A stretch of 64,000 nt of DNA from Haliotis cracherodii. Lineage: Eukaryota. Position 1 is the first letter of the stretch, and each line of letters opens with the position of its first letter. Below, piece by piece: positions 1 through 13,446 of this stretch. Location: assembly GCF_022045235.1 (NCBI RefSeq), contig NW_027266268.1, forward strand, positions 6,820,001 to 6,884,000, read 5' to 3'. The position numbers and the translations under genes are program-made. A model generated the notes under the pieces. The model searched no databases and had not been told where the DNA came from. It saw only the letters and a list, made by a program, of their open reading frames with translations.

Positions 1-1294
1 TTTGTTCCGTGTGCAGCAGACTAAATGAGGCGATGTGCTACGGAGACGTGAAAAAGCACACTGCGCGACAGATTTAGGAACAGTTGATTGCACTGAGGAC
101 AGACATGAATTATCGACAGTCTCGTAGTAATCCTGGGCTGAATCTGTCCTGAGATCTCTGCGCTTGACACACAGAGTACCAGCAGACGTCACACTTTCTG
201 AACATCCACGTTCTTTAAGACAGCTCAGCCTATGAATCATGAACAGGATATTAACTCAGCATTAGTGGCTTGTAAATAAATGTGACAAATGCCTTTTTAT
301 CATCATAGAAAATCAGCAGAGACCATTGTATGATTCTGACCATATCATAAACATGTGTTCATAATTCACCATTAATTAGTTTTACTACAGGCGTGTGATT
401 TGGATTAAAATATTTGGAAACATACTAATTTATTATGTACAATCAAACATTGTTGTCTCTTACTTTGATGCGTCGAACTTATGGTTGTCTCGAAGTAAAC
501 CTTGGTCCCTGCGTACTCCTTCTTTATTTATCATTTTCGGGGATAACTTGAAGTATTTAGGCTTAAAAAAATAAAAGAACTGGTTCTCAGGAAATGTTTT
601 TTGAAAATATAGTGCGGGTGGGCGGTGTCTATTTTTGTTGTTGTTGTTCAAACAAGTATGTAACCAATAAACTGTTGTTTAATCAATAAGCAATTGTGTA
701 CAAACAACCTGGAAAAGGGCCTCCCTACATAAATGTATTCCTTGATGAGTAAAATACTGGAATACAGTATTTGACCGCTGTTTGACTTGGAATATTTGAG
801 GATTTTATATTTATTTTTTAAAAAACATGGAAATAAAAACAAAACGTGTGGCCAACTTTATGATGATGCAGACAGTGCCTGAGAACCAAGACTATTCTTT
901 TTTTTTTGCCTTACTTAGGATTACACAATAACATATAATATATAAAACTGAAATGTCTTTTTATTACATTTTTTTCAAAGCTACTAAACCAAGAAATGAA
1001 CACGATCTTGCCTGAGGAGTAGTATAGGAGACTGCAGATACCCACTTGTCTTTTTGTTTAAAGAAAAATATTGCTTTGATGAAAGAATACAGAAAGACTC
1101 GTAGACCGTCTTTCTTTTTTGTTTCATTTTTTTGGGTTGAGTTGTGATTTCTTCTAACCAGGCTACAACAAGATCTTGGTTAGTGTTGAGAAAAAAAAAA
1201 ACAATCGTGAACAAATTAAGAAGAACTTCTATATGATGAAATACATGTACCATATTTATAGCATGAGAACATCATATGTAATGAATGCTTTGAT

Positions 1295-1525
1295 CAATTT
1301 TGTTTGTTCGGTGTTAAATGCCGCACTCTTCAATATTTAGCTGCATGACAGCAGTTAGGACCAGACAAACCAGTGATTGATATTATTAGGAAAGATCAGT
1401 GTGTCGGGGTATGTGGACACGCAAACAACCAAGTCCAAAAGCCTGACCACCCGATCCTTACAGTCACATAGCAGAACAAGCATTGGTTGCTGGGGACCAA
1501 TTCTAACCCGGAATCCCCACAGTGT
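1295..1525 (-). mobile_element. Degenerate copy of SINE-like family A
   Basis: Reverse-complement similarity to 8933-9183 and 26941-27203. Confidence 0.7.
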
Positions 1526-2044
1526 CCTTCATAAAAGAAATATCTTGTGTTATCTTGAGATAATAGCCTTTCAAATAGGGGGAAAATGTGTTATGTCTAA
1601 ACTTAAAACAGGGATTGATGAAGGTGGCAACGTCTGTAAAGTGACATGCAGCCAGTTTGTCCAAAATTGTTTGAAGTTGAAAATTGTCATTAGTGTCAGA
1701 TTGACAAGGGAAATGTGTACTTGATTTGAATGGCTTGTGTTCTCTGCTCCGGTGGACATGGTAGAATGTTGTTTTGGATGTGATGGTTTCCACTTTGAGA
1801 GCATTGTGGAGATTTTCATGATGACAAATGAACTGACAATGAACCTTTTTACTGTGAGAGGAATCCGATAAGACTATTAGTCTTTAGATGACTGACTTGA
1901 TGGCATATGAAGGATGCAGTTATTCCATTGTGGAGACGAAGATGGTATCAGTTTGGTAGGATTTGTGTCGGCATTGATAATATTTTCTCAATTATAAAAT
2001 CACTGGCATCAATTGTTTCAAGATCAGATGTTCAGATTTAATCT

Positions 2045-3339
2045 GAATCTCTTTTTCATCTGTCAAAGTTCTGAATTCTGAAAGACTCATGTATAGAAGG
2101 AAATAAACTGATTAACATTCCACATGCTTTACCCATTTTGTGAACACTCGGTGTCATCGCTGATTGTCAGTGATCCAATCACATAATTTTCCCCTCTATT
2201 TTCCCTTTAAGCCTATCAGAATCTCTTTTCCATCTGTCAAAGCTCTGAATTCTGAAAGAGTCATGTATAGAGGGAAATAAACTGATTAACATTCCACATG
2301 CTTTACCCATTTTGTGAACACTCGGTGTCATCGCTGATTGTCAGTGATCCATTCACATAAATTTCACCTCTATTTTCCCTTTAAGCCTATCAGAATCTCT
2401 TTTCCATCTGTCAAAGTTGTGATTTCTGAAAGAGTCATGTATAGAGGGAAATAAACTGATTAACATTCCACATGCTTTACCCATATTGTGAACACTCGGT
2501 GTCATCGCTGATTGTCAGTGATCCATTCACATAATTTTCCCCTCTATTTTACCTTTAAGCCTATCAGAATCTCTTTTCCACCTGTCAAAGTTGTGATTCC
2601 TGAAAGACTCATGTATAGAGGGAAAAACTGATTAACATTCCACATGCTTTACCCATATTGTGAACACTCGGTGTCATCGCTGATTGTCAGTGATCCATTC
2701 ACATAATTTTCACCTCTATTTTCCCTTTAAGCCTATCAGAATCTCTTTTCTATCTGTCAAAGATGTGATTCCTGAAAGACTCATGTATAGAGGGAAATAA
2801 ACTGATTAACATTCCACATGCTTTACCCATTTTGTGAACACTCGGTGTCATCGCTGATTGTCAGTGATCCATTCACATAAATTTCACCTCTATTTTCCCT
2901 TTAAGCCTATCAGAATCTCTTTTCCATCTGTCAAAGCTCTGAATTCTGAAAGAGTCATGTATAGAGGGAAATAAACTGATTAACATTCCACATGCTTTAC
3001 CCATTTTGTGAACACTCGGTGTCATCGCTGATTGTCAGTGATCCATTCACATAAATTTCACCTCTATTTTCCCTTTAAGCCTATCAGAATCTCTTTTCCA
3101 TCTGTCAAAGTTGTGATTTCTGAAAGAGTCATGTATAGAGGGAAATAAACTGATTAACATTCCACATGATTTACCCATTTTGTGAACACCTGGTGTCATC
3201 GCTGATTTTCAGAGGGAAATAAACTGTTAAACATTCCACATGCTTTACCCATTTTGTGAACACCCGAGGTCATCGCTGATTGTCAGTGATCCATTCACAT
3301 AATTTTCACCACTATTTTCCCTTTAAGCCTAGCAGAATT
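2045..3339. repeat. 174-bp tandem repeat, about 7.4 copies
   Basis: cagaatctct recurs at 2217, 2391, 2565, 2737, 2911, 3085; last unit rearranged. Confidence 0.95.
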
Positions 3340-4391
3340 TGTTTCGTCGGATAATCAAGACTGATGATTCTCTGGCATTTATTTTTATATTTATGTGTTA
3401 AAAAGCCATAAAGTTTAAATGTTGTTTGATAATGCTTCTCATGTTCACAATGAAAGTAGTTAAAATAGCTAATAAATGTTTTTATCTTATATAAATGTAG
3501 TTATGCTTAAATGTTCGACAACGTTACCTGTCAAAATAGTTGATAATGGTTTAAATTGTTAAGATATTGTAGTGGATATTGCGTGGATATGCAAATAAAC
3601 TAAATGGCATCTTTGCAAATAATAAGTGAATTTGTTTTTGAAGAATAATTGGTATCATGACTATGTATATCACAACATTAATAAGTTAATTTATTTTCAA
3701 TATATTTAAGACTTTTTCATCATATACCCGGTAATCAAATGTAGCATTTGTGATGAGAATTCGGACAGTTACAAGTTATTGTAACATAATATTTTACTTG
3801 TGATGCGTCGAACATATTTTTTTCTGAATTTGAACCACAGAAATATGTAGGGTGGACCCTACAGACTGCTTTAACCACTAAGCTACCCAACCAACCCATG
3901 CACTGCATGGAGACAAGTATAAAATGAAAATTACCTAACTATATGTTATGTTTTTTATACTTGACAAGAATGATTTCACACAGTCTTCCAAAATGCACAG
4001 AATTTTTGTTTCTGTCTTGTCTAACATTTCATTTTTTGCAAATAAATCCTGCAGGGCCACACATAGACATATTTAAAATAGATTGTTTGTTAATTTAAGT
4101 GTTTGTTTGAGCATGTATATTAATGACTAAAGCAATGAGAAAATATTGTCCTACTTCATATTGTTTTCATGATTAGTAGATGATTAGATAAAAGGAATGA
4201 CTCTTTTGTCAATATTACATGAATAGTATAAGAAACAATTCTATTCATCACAAAATAATTAAATAAAATGAAATGATTGGCCTCAGTTAAGTTCTACTTA
4301 CCAATAGTATAATATCACAAATACAAGGAATGAGTCATGTATCAATGTTAAATAATGTAAGCAACTTTTTTTATTCATCTCAAAACAGGTA

Positions 4392-4759
4392 CCATGTTTG
4401 ATGTAATAAGCTCTCAGGGCGCTCTCAAAATTAGAAATAGGGGGCTCTTATTAGAATATAATTTTGGTGAGAAAAACAACAGTTGAAAGATTGTAAATTT
4501 TGTGGTTTATGCTGACAGCCTGAAATGATACAAAAGAAAAGTGCATAGTCTGTGCATAGTACACACGACAGATATATTTTCCAGAATTGAATTGCCCATA
4601 ATTAAGGGTGCATATAACACATGAGTGCGTATTATACACGAATAGATAAGTCTTGTGTACATTGATCAATCGGAAGGGGTGCTAATTGGTATTGTTCACT
4701 AGCCAATATGTTAGCAAATATCGCATATAAGAGCAGGGCGCTTATTACGACGAATACGG
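4392..4759 (+). mobile_element. MITE family M1 (CCGTATTCGACGTAATAAGCGCCC TIR, TA TSD; Tc1/mariner-pogo type)
   Basis: TIRs flanked by TA; five copies in window. Confidence 0.88.
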
Positions 4760-7427
4760 TACATATAATAAGAAAAGATTATCCAAGTTGAATTCATAAG
4801 TGGTATAATATGACTAGATAACAAAAATGTCTTTTGTATTTATTTGTGTAAGATTATGTAGTAGGTAAATGTACAACTCAAAAGATTATTTAATATTACT
4901 ATATTGTTACTCTGTCCTGCCATGACAGATAAACTGTAGAAACATGAATGAAATGGCTGCTCTTTAACTTCTTTTGAGTAGTATATGATAGAAAAGCTTA
5001 ACTTCTTTTAAGTTGCATTGTCATTTGTATAATATCACAAATACAAGGAATGATTCTTTTTATCAATGTTAAACAAATATAAGGATTACTACGATCACTA
5101 AAACAGGGAGACGTTGGGACCTGGCTTTGACAAGTACAAGGAATGACTCCTTATCTCAATGTTAAACAAATATAAGGATAACTACTGTCGCTAAAACAGG
5201 GAAACATTAGCATCAGGCTATGACAAGAGAAGGATCTATTCTGACAGAAATCAACTTGGTAGAGCGTGGTTGTAAACAGAAACAGATGAGTCTTTGTGAA
5301 GGGGGAGGCTCAAGCTGATCCATTCATAGTAAGATTTGTCCTCCCAGGCAGCTGTTGGGCTATTGACAGCTGAGCACAGAGGCAACGTGAGGCGCGATAT
5401 TGCGTGTGTCACTCGGCCAAATGAGCGACTAAGCGTAGTGCAGAGAACAGAGGGATATGCATGAGAAAGGAATAGTGGACATGTTGTGTGGTCATTTAGA
5501 CGATCATGTCAGGCCTCATTGTTGGGCAGAAGCAACCGATTGACCATGTGTCCACTGGACCGTGATACAACGTTGTGGTGCTGTGATTGAGAAGTGAAGC
5601 GGGTGTGAGGCTCGTTATGAAAAGATCGTACTGATAACCTTTCGGAACTCGGTGTTCAGTTGACTGTAACATTGTAAACAAGGAACTAACTTGACCACAG
5701 TGAAGTCAGGACAGCAGTGGTCTGCAGGTTCAGTGTTGGATCATAATTTGTGTGTGTGAGTTTACCAAAAGTGGAAATATTCCGAGATAATGTGAACAGA
5801 TTGAGACAAGGCAGCTGTCACAGTGAGGGATCCCTAGGGCTCCATCGTGACTGTTTTATGGCTGCTTGAGACCCCTAAGGAGTAGTTTCACTGGACTATT
5901 CAGACAGCTCACTTCATTGAGAATTGGAACCAAGACTGTAGGGAAACTTTACTATCTGATCAGGTTTGATAAAAATATTTTCCAAGACAATTAGTTTTGA
6001 TAACATTTCAGTGGAGATTCTGAAACAACAACTGTTAAATTTTAGATTTACAAGCATTGAACATTGTCATTGGAATAGGGTGTCTATAGTTGTGAAATTA
6101 TTGTTTGGTGAGTCCTGTCCTCATGTGACTGAGTGGTTGCAGATTTCTGATAAAGGATGATGCCAGCTTGATGTATAATTCAGTCTAAACCATTTACATA
6201 GTAGCTGCAGCCTAGGTACTGCAGGCTTGTTGAAGTGCAGTGGATGCTGAATGTGGTTTACTTCATCCGTGGACTAGAAGGAGGATCAGTAAGTGTTTCT
6301 ATGACAGTCGTTTCTCTGTTTCTTCAAGACAAAATGGACCTGTCGACCAAGATACACAAGATCTTCTCCCTGATCTGGCGATTCCTATTCATAAACGGAA
6401 CCTGACACTTTCACTATTGCTGTAGATGACTGCAGTCCAGGTGGCAGTGAGCAGCTGGTGTCGGTATGCAGGAAAATATCATTAATACGCGAAACTAAAG
6501 AGCTGTTTTATACTATCTGTAAAAAAATCAATGAACTTTATTTTATGCAGCTGATGTACAAGACGTTGGTAGATAACAAGTATATTTACTATGTGTTTAA
6601 CATCAGATTCTGGAGAGATGCTTGACAGCCGTGTCGCGTTTCTAACAACCGTTTCACCTTTCTGACAATCATTTCCCCTCCTGACATTCCTAGTGACATT
6701 GTAATGAAATAGATGTGTCATTTGTGGTATCGAAATCACCAGGAACTAGCCATATTGGGTGACTTAATTGTTGCTAACACGAACATTTTTTGTAAACCGT
6801 CTTTGGTGTGAGCTGCGTGTTGATGAGGCTGATATTTGACGAGGCCGTCTGATATACACTGCTGATTGTTCGGAACAGCTTGCAATGAATATTTGATGAC
6901 ATCGATATCTATTAGTCCTCCGGTTCTCTTGTCAGAGAGTCTGTTTAAGAGATTTAAGTCAGCAGTGGAACTTTATGAATGAATACAAGTGTTGATGATA
7001 CTGTGTGAGGAATACATTTGTTACAATACCATCTTGGTTACATAAGCTTTAAGACTGGATTGTAGATGCTTTTATATGTCTGAGATTCAGGAAGATTCCT
7101 AAGTGGACTTGTCTGTGTACGAAGTTCCTGATCTGGTAACTCCACACTATGTAATGAAAAATGTCACGATGTGACAGTCTGTGTGACAGTGTGATGTCAC
7201 GACTAGTGCCACACATGACCCCAGGGCTAGGTACTATCATACAGTATTAGCACCAGTGATTCGGGTGGCTGGATGGTTTTCAGGACAGTGTTGGTCAATG
7301 TGGATTGTGTGGCAGAGTTGGGACAACTGTGTAGGCTACTGAGAGGTTGTCGGCTACTGAGGTTGTCGGCAATGTTCCCATGGTTGGAGTAGTGTTGTAT
7401 GAAGATGTTGACCACATTCATATCGTC

Positions 7428-7491
7428 ATGGATACTGGAGGATATAGATGGCTGATACTTGTTGCCGTGGCAACTTTACTTCTCTTTACAG
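7428..7491 (+). CDS. Putative first coding exon, signal peptide MDTGGYRWLILVAVATLLLFT(G)
   Basis: gtcATGG start context, in-frame TAG upstream at 7332, hydrophobic core after R, strong donor ACAG|gtaagt, phase 1 matches the exon at 32045; alternative in-frame ATG at 7380. Confidence 0.7.
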
Positions 7492-7705
7492 GTAAGTTTC
7501 ACTGTTTTAAAAACTGTTTTAATGAAGGCTGTCAGTTTGTTAGATTGCGATCGAGTGAGTCTGAGAGAGGTGATTCATTAGTGTGAGATTGAATCCGGTT
7601 TTCAAAGGAAACACTATGATGCCTCAAAAGCAGCAATTTTGGCATCATCATAGAATTATCTGACCTGTACAGACATATCATTCATTTATAGCTCGAGCTT
7701 CAATC

Positions 7706-8020
7706 TATACTACTCAAAAGAAGTTAAGGAACACCTGATTTTCTTCCAAATGACTATAGTTAATCTGTTATGGTGGGCAGTCGGGTAACCTAGTGGTTAA
7801 AGCGTTCGCTCATCACACGGAAGACCCGGGTTTGATTCCCGACATGAGTACAATGTGTAAATCCCATTTCTGGTGTCCCCCACCATGACATTGCTGGAAT
7901 ATTGGTAAAAGCAGCGTAAAACCATACTCACTCACTCACTCCAAATCTGTCAAGGCCATGACAGATTAACTAAAGACATATGAACAAATTAGGTGTTCTT
8001 TTACTTCTTTGAGTAGTATA
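7706..8020. mobile_element. Tc1-like MITE (tatactactcaaaagaagt TIR) interrupted by a SINE
   Basis: About 65-bp inverted arms at 7706-7772 and 7955-8020; related pieces at 4918-4985 and 54172-54272. Confidence 0.75.
7775..7941 (+). mobile_element. tRNA-derived SINE family B
   Basis: Box A/B-like head, (CACT)n tail, aatctgt duplicated on both sides. Confidence 0.85.
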
Positions 8021-8932
8021 CAACAGTTGCCACTAAGTGAGCTGGGAGATGGTAGCTGCATGGTATGATGGGAGACGTATAGAATCTGTCGTCATATGGG
8101 GATTGCAGGGTTAAACTACATCTCCAGAACGCTATGAAAGACTAAGATGGATCTGTGGTCTGGCTCTGTGTCCCCTGATAGTGAGGTGCTGTATCTTGAT
8201 CACCTGGATTGCTGCTCAGATTTTCAGTCTCTGGTATTCTTTGGCCAGACTCAATTATTTACAGGCTAGGGTTATGTAGCTTGACTACCTTGCACATTTC
8301 TTTGAAGTTAAACAACATTCACTTGCTCCTTCCACTCCACACCACCCCATAAACCTTATTGCCAATTGATTATCTCTACAAATAGGTGCTTATTAATATG
8401 TAAGCAAGATTTGATTCAAGGCTTGTAAAAGTTTCTTTGGAACTCTTACATGTAATTCTACTTTTGAGCTCGTACACAGAACATTAGTTCCTTTAACGGG
8501 TTGCATGTGTCAACATATTTGTTCCCTGTCTAATGTTTGTTACTCCCTGATGGAACTTCTACCATCCATACTATAAAACTGGCTAAAAGAGGGCCTTCCT
8601 TGATGGGGCAGTCTAAAACATGAGACATGGTTTTTGAGGCGACGGAAAAAGAAGATATAACATTATATGTGAAAGAACAAATACTGTATCTGTGAAAGTT
8701 ACCACTGGAATTTTCTCTTTTTGATAAAAATGCCATTTTAATCAGCAAATTTATGTGAGAAGAAATTTTGGTTCTGACAATTCTAATAATTATTTCTTAT
8801 ATCTGGACAAGCTTTGAACATGTTGACGGTGTTTCCTGCCGAAGAAAGGAAATTTTGATGGGAACTGCATAAGCAACCTGGGAGAAATAATGCATGCATG
8901 CCAAGTTTCAGGTGTTTTTTCTAAGAAAATGG

Positions 8933-9183
8933 GACTCGTGAAGATTCCGGGGTAGAATAGGTCTTCAGCAACCCATGCTTGCCGTAAAAGGTGACTATGC
9001 TTGTCATAAAAGGCGACTAACAGGTTTGTGTCGTCAGGCTCGCTGACTTGGTTGATGCATGTCATCGATCCCAATTCCGTGGATCGATGCTCATGATATC
9101 AATCACTGGATTGTCTGGTCCAGACTCGATTATTTATGGAATATTCCTAAGTGCGGCGTTAAACAACAAACCAACCAACCAAT
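8933..9183 (+). mobile_element. SINE-like family A (no tRNA head seen), (CAAC)n tail
   Basis: 12-bp TSD ctaagaaaatgg; other copies at 9350-9500, 22418-22640, 26510-26750, 26941-27203, 52309-52564. Confidence 0.88.
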
Positions 9184-10189
9184 CTAAGAAAATGGCAACA
9201 CACCATTTGTCTGTTGGCAGATATGAAAAAACGAGGTAAAGAATCATTAAATGCCTCTATTTTTTAATTCTCAGTGATACCAGTTTGTTGTGGAGTTCCA
9301 TTAATTTGTTCATTTTGTTTTTGAATAAAACTTGTAAATGCTGCACATGGCATCTTTTTAAGAGGCGAGTAACGGGATCGACTTGGTTGATGCATGTTAT
9401 CTGGTCCAGACTCAATTACTTATAGACCTCCGTCATATAGCTGGAATATTGCTGAGTGCAGCGTTAAACAACAACAAACAAACAAATAAACAAACAAACA
9501 AGGCATCTTCTGCTTTTACTTCGTTTCGTCTGGCAATAAAGAACTTTGGACTGGAATATTATGGTCCTTTGCTTATGTTTTTTGGTTCTGGTCCGAAATA
9601 AATCTTAGGATGAATAAAAACATGTTCACAAAATATTCCCAAAGAAGAATTGACTATCATTTGTCCATATGGTCATCCCTTTCACTTGTCCTCAGCCCTG
9701 ACTAGCTTCGCCCCACCCAGTCAGTCAGTGCTGTCAGTCAGGTCAACCACACATGGACATTAAACCAGCAGACTCTCTCGGCCCAGGGCTAAGCCCCCTT
9801 GTAACAAGGCCTGAACTAGGTGTCTGAGTAGATTCCCATTACTGGTCGCCTGGACTGAATGTGGTGAAAAAAATCCCGTTTAACAGAAAAATCCGCGGAT
9901 AATTGGTCGAGGAAGGATCAATGTCTGACAGGGACAAACTGCAGTCTGGGAGCAAAGAATTGAACAATGTGAATTTATAATTGTTGGTCTTTCATTTCTA
10001 TAATGATAGGGGTTTGATTTCCTTGACCAGAACTATACCCAGCACCCAATGCTTGTCAGCAGTACCCAATGCATATCTACCTATTGGGAAATTCTGTGTC
10101 CTCGCGTGACTTTTCCATTTTGTTCTCTCATAGAAACCATAGGGTAGAATAGATCCTCCTTTGTCTTGTTTGTTTTCTTTTGGAAACAC

Positions 10190-11030
10190 AGGGTGAATAG
10201 GTCCTTGGTGACCATGCTTGTCTCCTTTTTGAAACAGAGGAAGAATAGACCGTGGTGACAATGCTTGTCTCCTTTTGGAAACAGAGGAATGGGCCTTGGG
10301 GACCATGCTTGTCTCCTTTTTGAAACAGAGGAATGGGCCGTGGTGACAATGCTTGTCTCCTTTTGGTAACAGAGGAAGAATAGACCATGATGACCATGCT
10401 TGTCTACTTTTGGAAACAGAGGAAGAATAGACCATGATGACCATGCTTGTCTCCTTTTGGTAACAGAGGAAGAATAGATCATGGTGACCATGCTTGTTTC
10501 CTTTTGGAAACAGAGAAATGGGCCTTGGTGACAATGCTTGTATCCTTTTGGAAAAAGAGGAATGGGCCTTGGTGACCATGCTTGTCTCCTTTTTGGAAAC
10601 AGAGGAATGGGCCTTGGTGACCATGCTTGTCTCCTTTTGGAAACAGAGGAATGGGCCGTGGTGACCATGCTTGTCTCCTTTTGGTAACAGGAAGAATAAG
10701 GCCTTGGTGACCATGCTTGTCTCCCTTTGGTAACAGGAAGAATAAGGCCTTGGTGACCATGGCTGTCTCCTTTTGGTAACAGGAAGAATAAGGCTCTGGT
10801 GACCATGCTTGTCTCCTTCAGAAGCATCCTCCCACATTAAGCTGACACGCCATGATATAACTGGAATACTGTAAAAAGCGGCGTTAAACCAAACTCACTC
10901 ACTCCTTTTAGAAACATAGGAAGAATAGTTCCTTGGTGACCATGCTTGTCTCCTTTTGGTAAAAGGAAGAATAGGCCTTGGTGACCATGCTTGTCCCCCT
11001 TTGGAAACAGGAAGAATAGACCTTGGTCCC
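10190..11030. repeat. 43-46 bp minisatellite (ggtgaccatgcttgtctccttttggaaacagaggaatgggcctt), interrupted by a SINE C tail fragment at about 10826-10903
   Basis: Direct reading; explains the repetitive ORFs. Confidence 0.93.
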
Positions 11031-11499
11031 ATTTTTTTAAACAATGTAGATCAGCCTCCGTAATGGTTGTAATATAGTGTTCACTGTGGTGTAAAACAAC
11101 ATCAACTCACTGCCGGATCACAGAGCAAATGTGACTTGACCTTTCGATATATGGTCTGTTCAGTGACTGACATGAGGCCATTATTACAGAGAGCAAGTCA
11201 AGGGAGAAACTTCTCATCCCAGAAGATGTTGGGGATATTTCATTAGATTTTCCATCAGCCTCTGATTTGTTTCACTTCAGTAAGTAACTGATGTGTCAGG
11301 AACTGAAATTTGATATTAAATGCGTTTGAGAGAAAAACATATTTGAACCATTCAAGTGCAAACTATTCTTTTGAATTTCAGTATATGTTATGTCCCTTTG
11401 TGCTGCCATACTTGCTCAGGGTATCAGTGGATGGTAGAAGTTACTGACCGGAAATATTATGACTGTTATCATGTCTCTTCATAGATATGATTAGTTCTA

Positions 11500-12030
11500 G
11501 AGTAAAAATGATTAGTTCTGGGGTAAATATGATGATCGTTAGGTAAATATGATAATCGTGAGGTAAATATGATGATCGTGGGGTAAATATGATGATCGTG
11601 AGGTAAATATGATGATCGTGAGGTAAATATGATGATCATGAGGTAAATATGATGATCGTCAGGTAAATAGGATTAGTTCTGGGGTAAATATGATCATGAG
11701 GTAAATATGATGATTGTGAGGTAAATATGATGATTGTGAGGTTAAAAGGATTAGTTCTGGGGTAAATATGATCATGAGGTAAATATTATGATCGTGAAGT
11801 AAATATGATGATCATGAGGTAAATATGATGATTGTGAGGTATTTTTGATAATCTTGAGGTAAATATGATGGTAAAAATGATCATGATGTACACATTTTGA
11901 TCATGAAGTAAATATGATAATTGTAAAGTAGATAATGATGACCAAGATATAAAATATTGATGTTTGTGAGGTTTGATTGTGAAGTAAATAGGATGACCAT
12001 GAGGTAAATATGATGATCGTGAGGTAAATA
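11500..12030. repeat. 20-bp minisatellite (gaggtaaatatgatgatcgt), decaying 3'
   Basis: Direct reading. Confidence 0.9.
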
Positions 12031-12367
12031 CAGATGTTTGTGACATAAATATGCTGTTTCTGTTCTTAATATGATGAAGGTAAAGTAAATAATATGATCA
12101 TGACACCCTGACTGTCCAGTATTGAACGTAGTAGTCACTTCACAAGTCACAGAGAAATCTCGAAGTTTGTGATTGTTGTCATTGATTGTTGTTACACTTT
12201 CGTCTACTTGAGTGGGATCACCTGTGCTGCACCCTGTGTGTGTTGTGTTAGTACTACCATCTGTCACCTCCGCCCCATATGCATGCCATTGATCTGATAG
12301 AGCCACAGTCAGGATAGTGTACTGTCCAAGCCACATGCGGTTGAACTGTTTCTCCAGTCTTTCTCTA

Positions 12368-13041
12368 CCATCCATCCATCCATCCATCCTTTGAATCACC
12401 CATCATCCAACCACCATCCATCATCAATCCATCCAACCACCATCCATCCATCTTCTACCGCCATCCTCCATCCATCCATCCATCCTTTGATTGATTCATT
12501 AGTCTTCTGAACACCATCAATCCATATACCCATCCAACCACCATCCATCCATCTTCTACCGCCATCCTCCATCCATCCATCCATCCTTTGATTGATTCAT
12601 TAGTCTTCTGAACACCATCAATCCATATACCCATCTAACCACCATCCATCCATCAATCCACCATCCATCCATCCATCCATCCATCCATCTGTCCTCCGAA
12701 CACCGTGCATCTATCCATTGAGAGAGTGGAATCTTTGGAGTTCTATGCAAGTGGCTATGTAATGTGATGTTAAACCCCATTTCACCTCACCATCATCTAA
12801 CTACCTTCTATCCACCATCCATGCACCATCCCTGCATCCATTGAATCATTCACCCATCCATCAATCCCCCCCCACATCCATCATTCACCCATCCATCCAT
12901 CCCCCCCTCATCCATCATTCACCCATCCATCCATCCGCCACATCCCCCCCCCACACACACACACATCCATCATTCACCCATCCATCCATTCACCCCATCC
13001 ATTGAAACATCCATCATTCACCCATACATCCATCCATCCAT
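12368..13041. repeat. (CCAT)n-based compound microsatellite with an internal duplication of about 105 bp
   Basis: Direct reading. Confidence 0.9.
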
Positions 13042-13446
13042 TCAGCCCAGCAAGCCACTGTTCTTATCTTGCAGCACTATTTAACACCTGTCTGCTATGT
13101 CAGGATTTACGGTATTTTAGCTAAGCAAGAATCTATGTGTTTTGTTATTTCAGCAAATATGAAGCAGGCATTCACATACAAGACAAGCAAGCCTGGTAGC
13201 AGCTGGCTGTATATACATTAAATGACATAGCACCACTGCAATCAATTAGCCTGTATACCTGGTCTGTGTCTATGCACTGATAGGCCTGTGCCAGCATTTG
13301 GGATTAATTGTGCTACAGGTTTATAATCTCCTGTCATTGAGCTAGGTAGGCTTTGAGAGTGTTCTGAGAGGTGATGCAGAGACAGGGAGAGTTATATTTA
13401 TAATATATATATTATTTTGGGGGCATTAATGGCAGAACAGGCCCGC

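Noticed and set aside
3341-3370. Hammerhead-like words (CTGATGA, GTTTCG) at the satellite end
   Set aside because: The order and strand are wrong and no flanking stems form a hammerhead core
11881-12399. 172 aa minus-strand ORF with a Thr-rich middle
   Set aside because: Both ends lie in simple repeats; no recognisable domain or convincing splice sites
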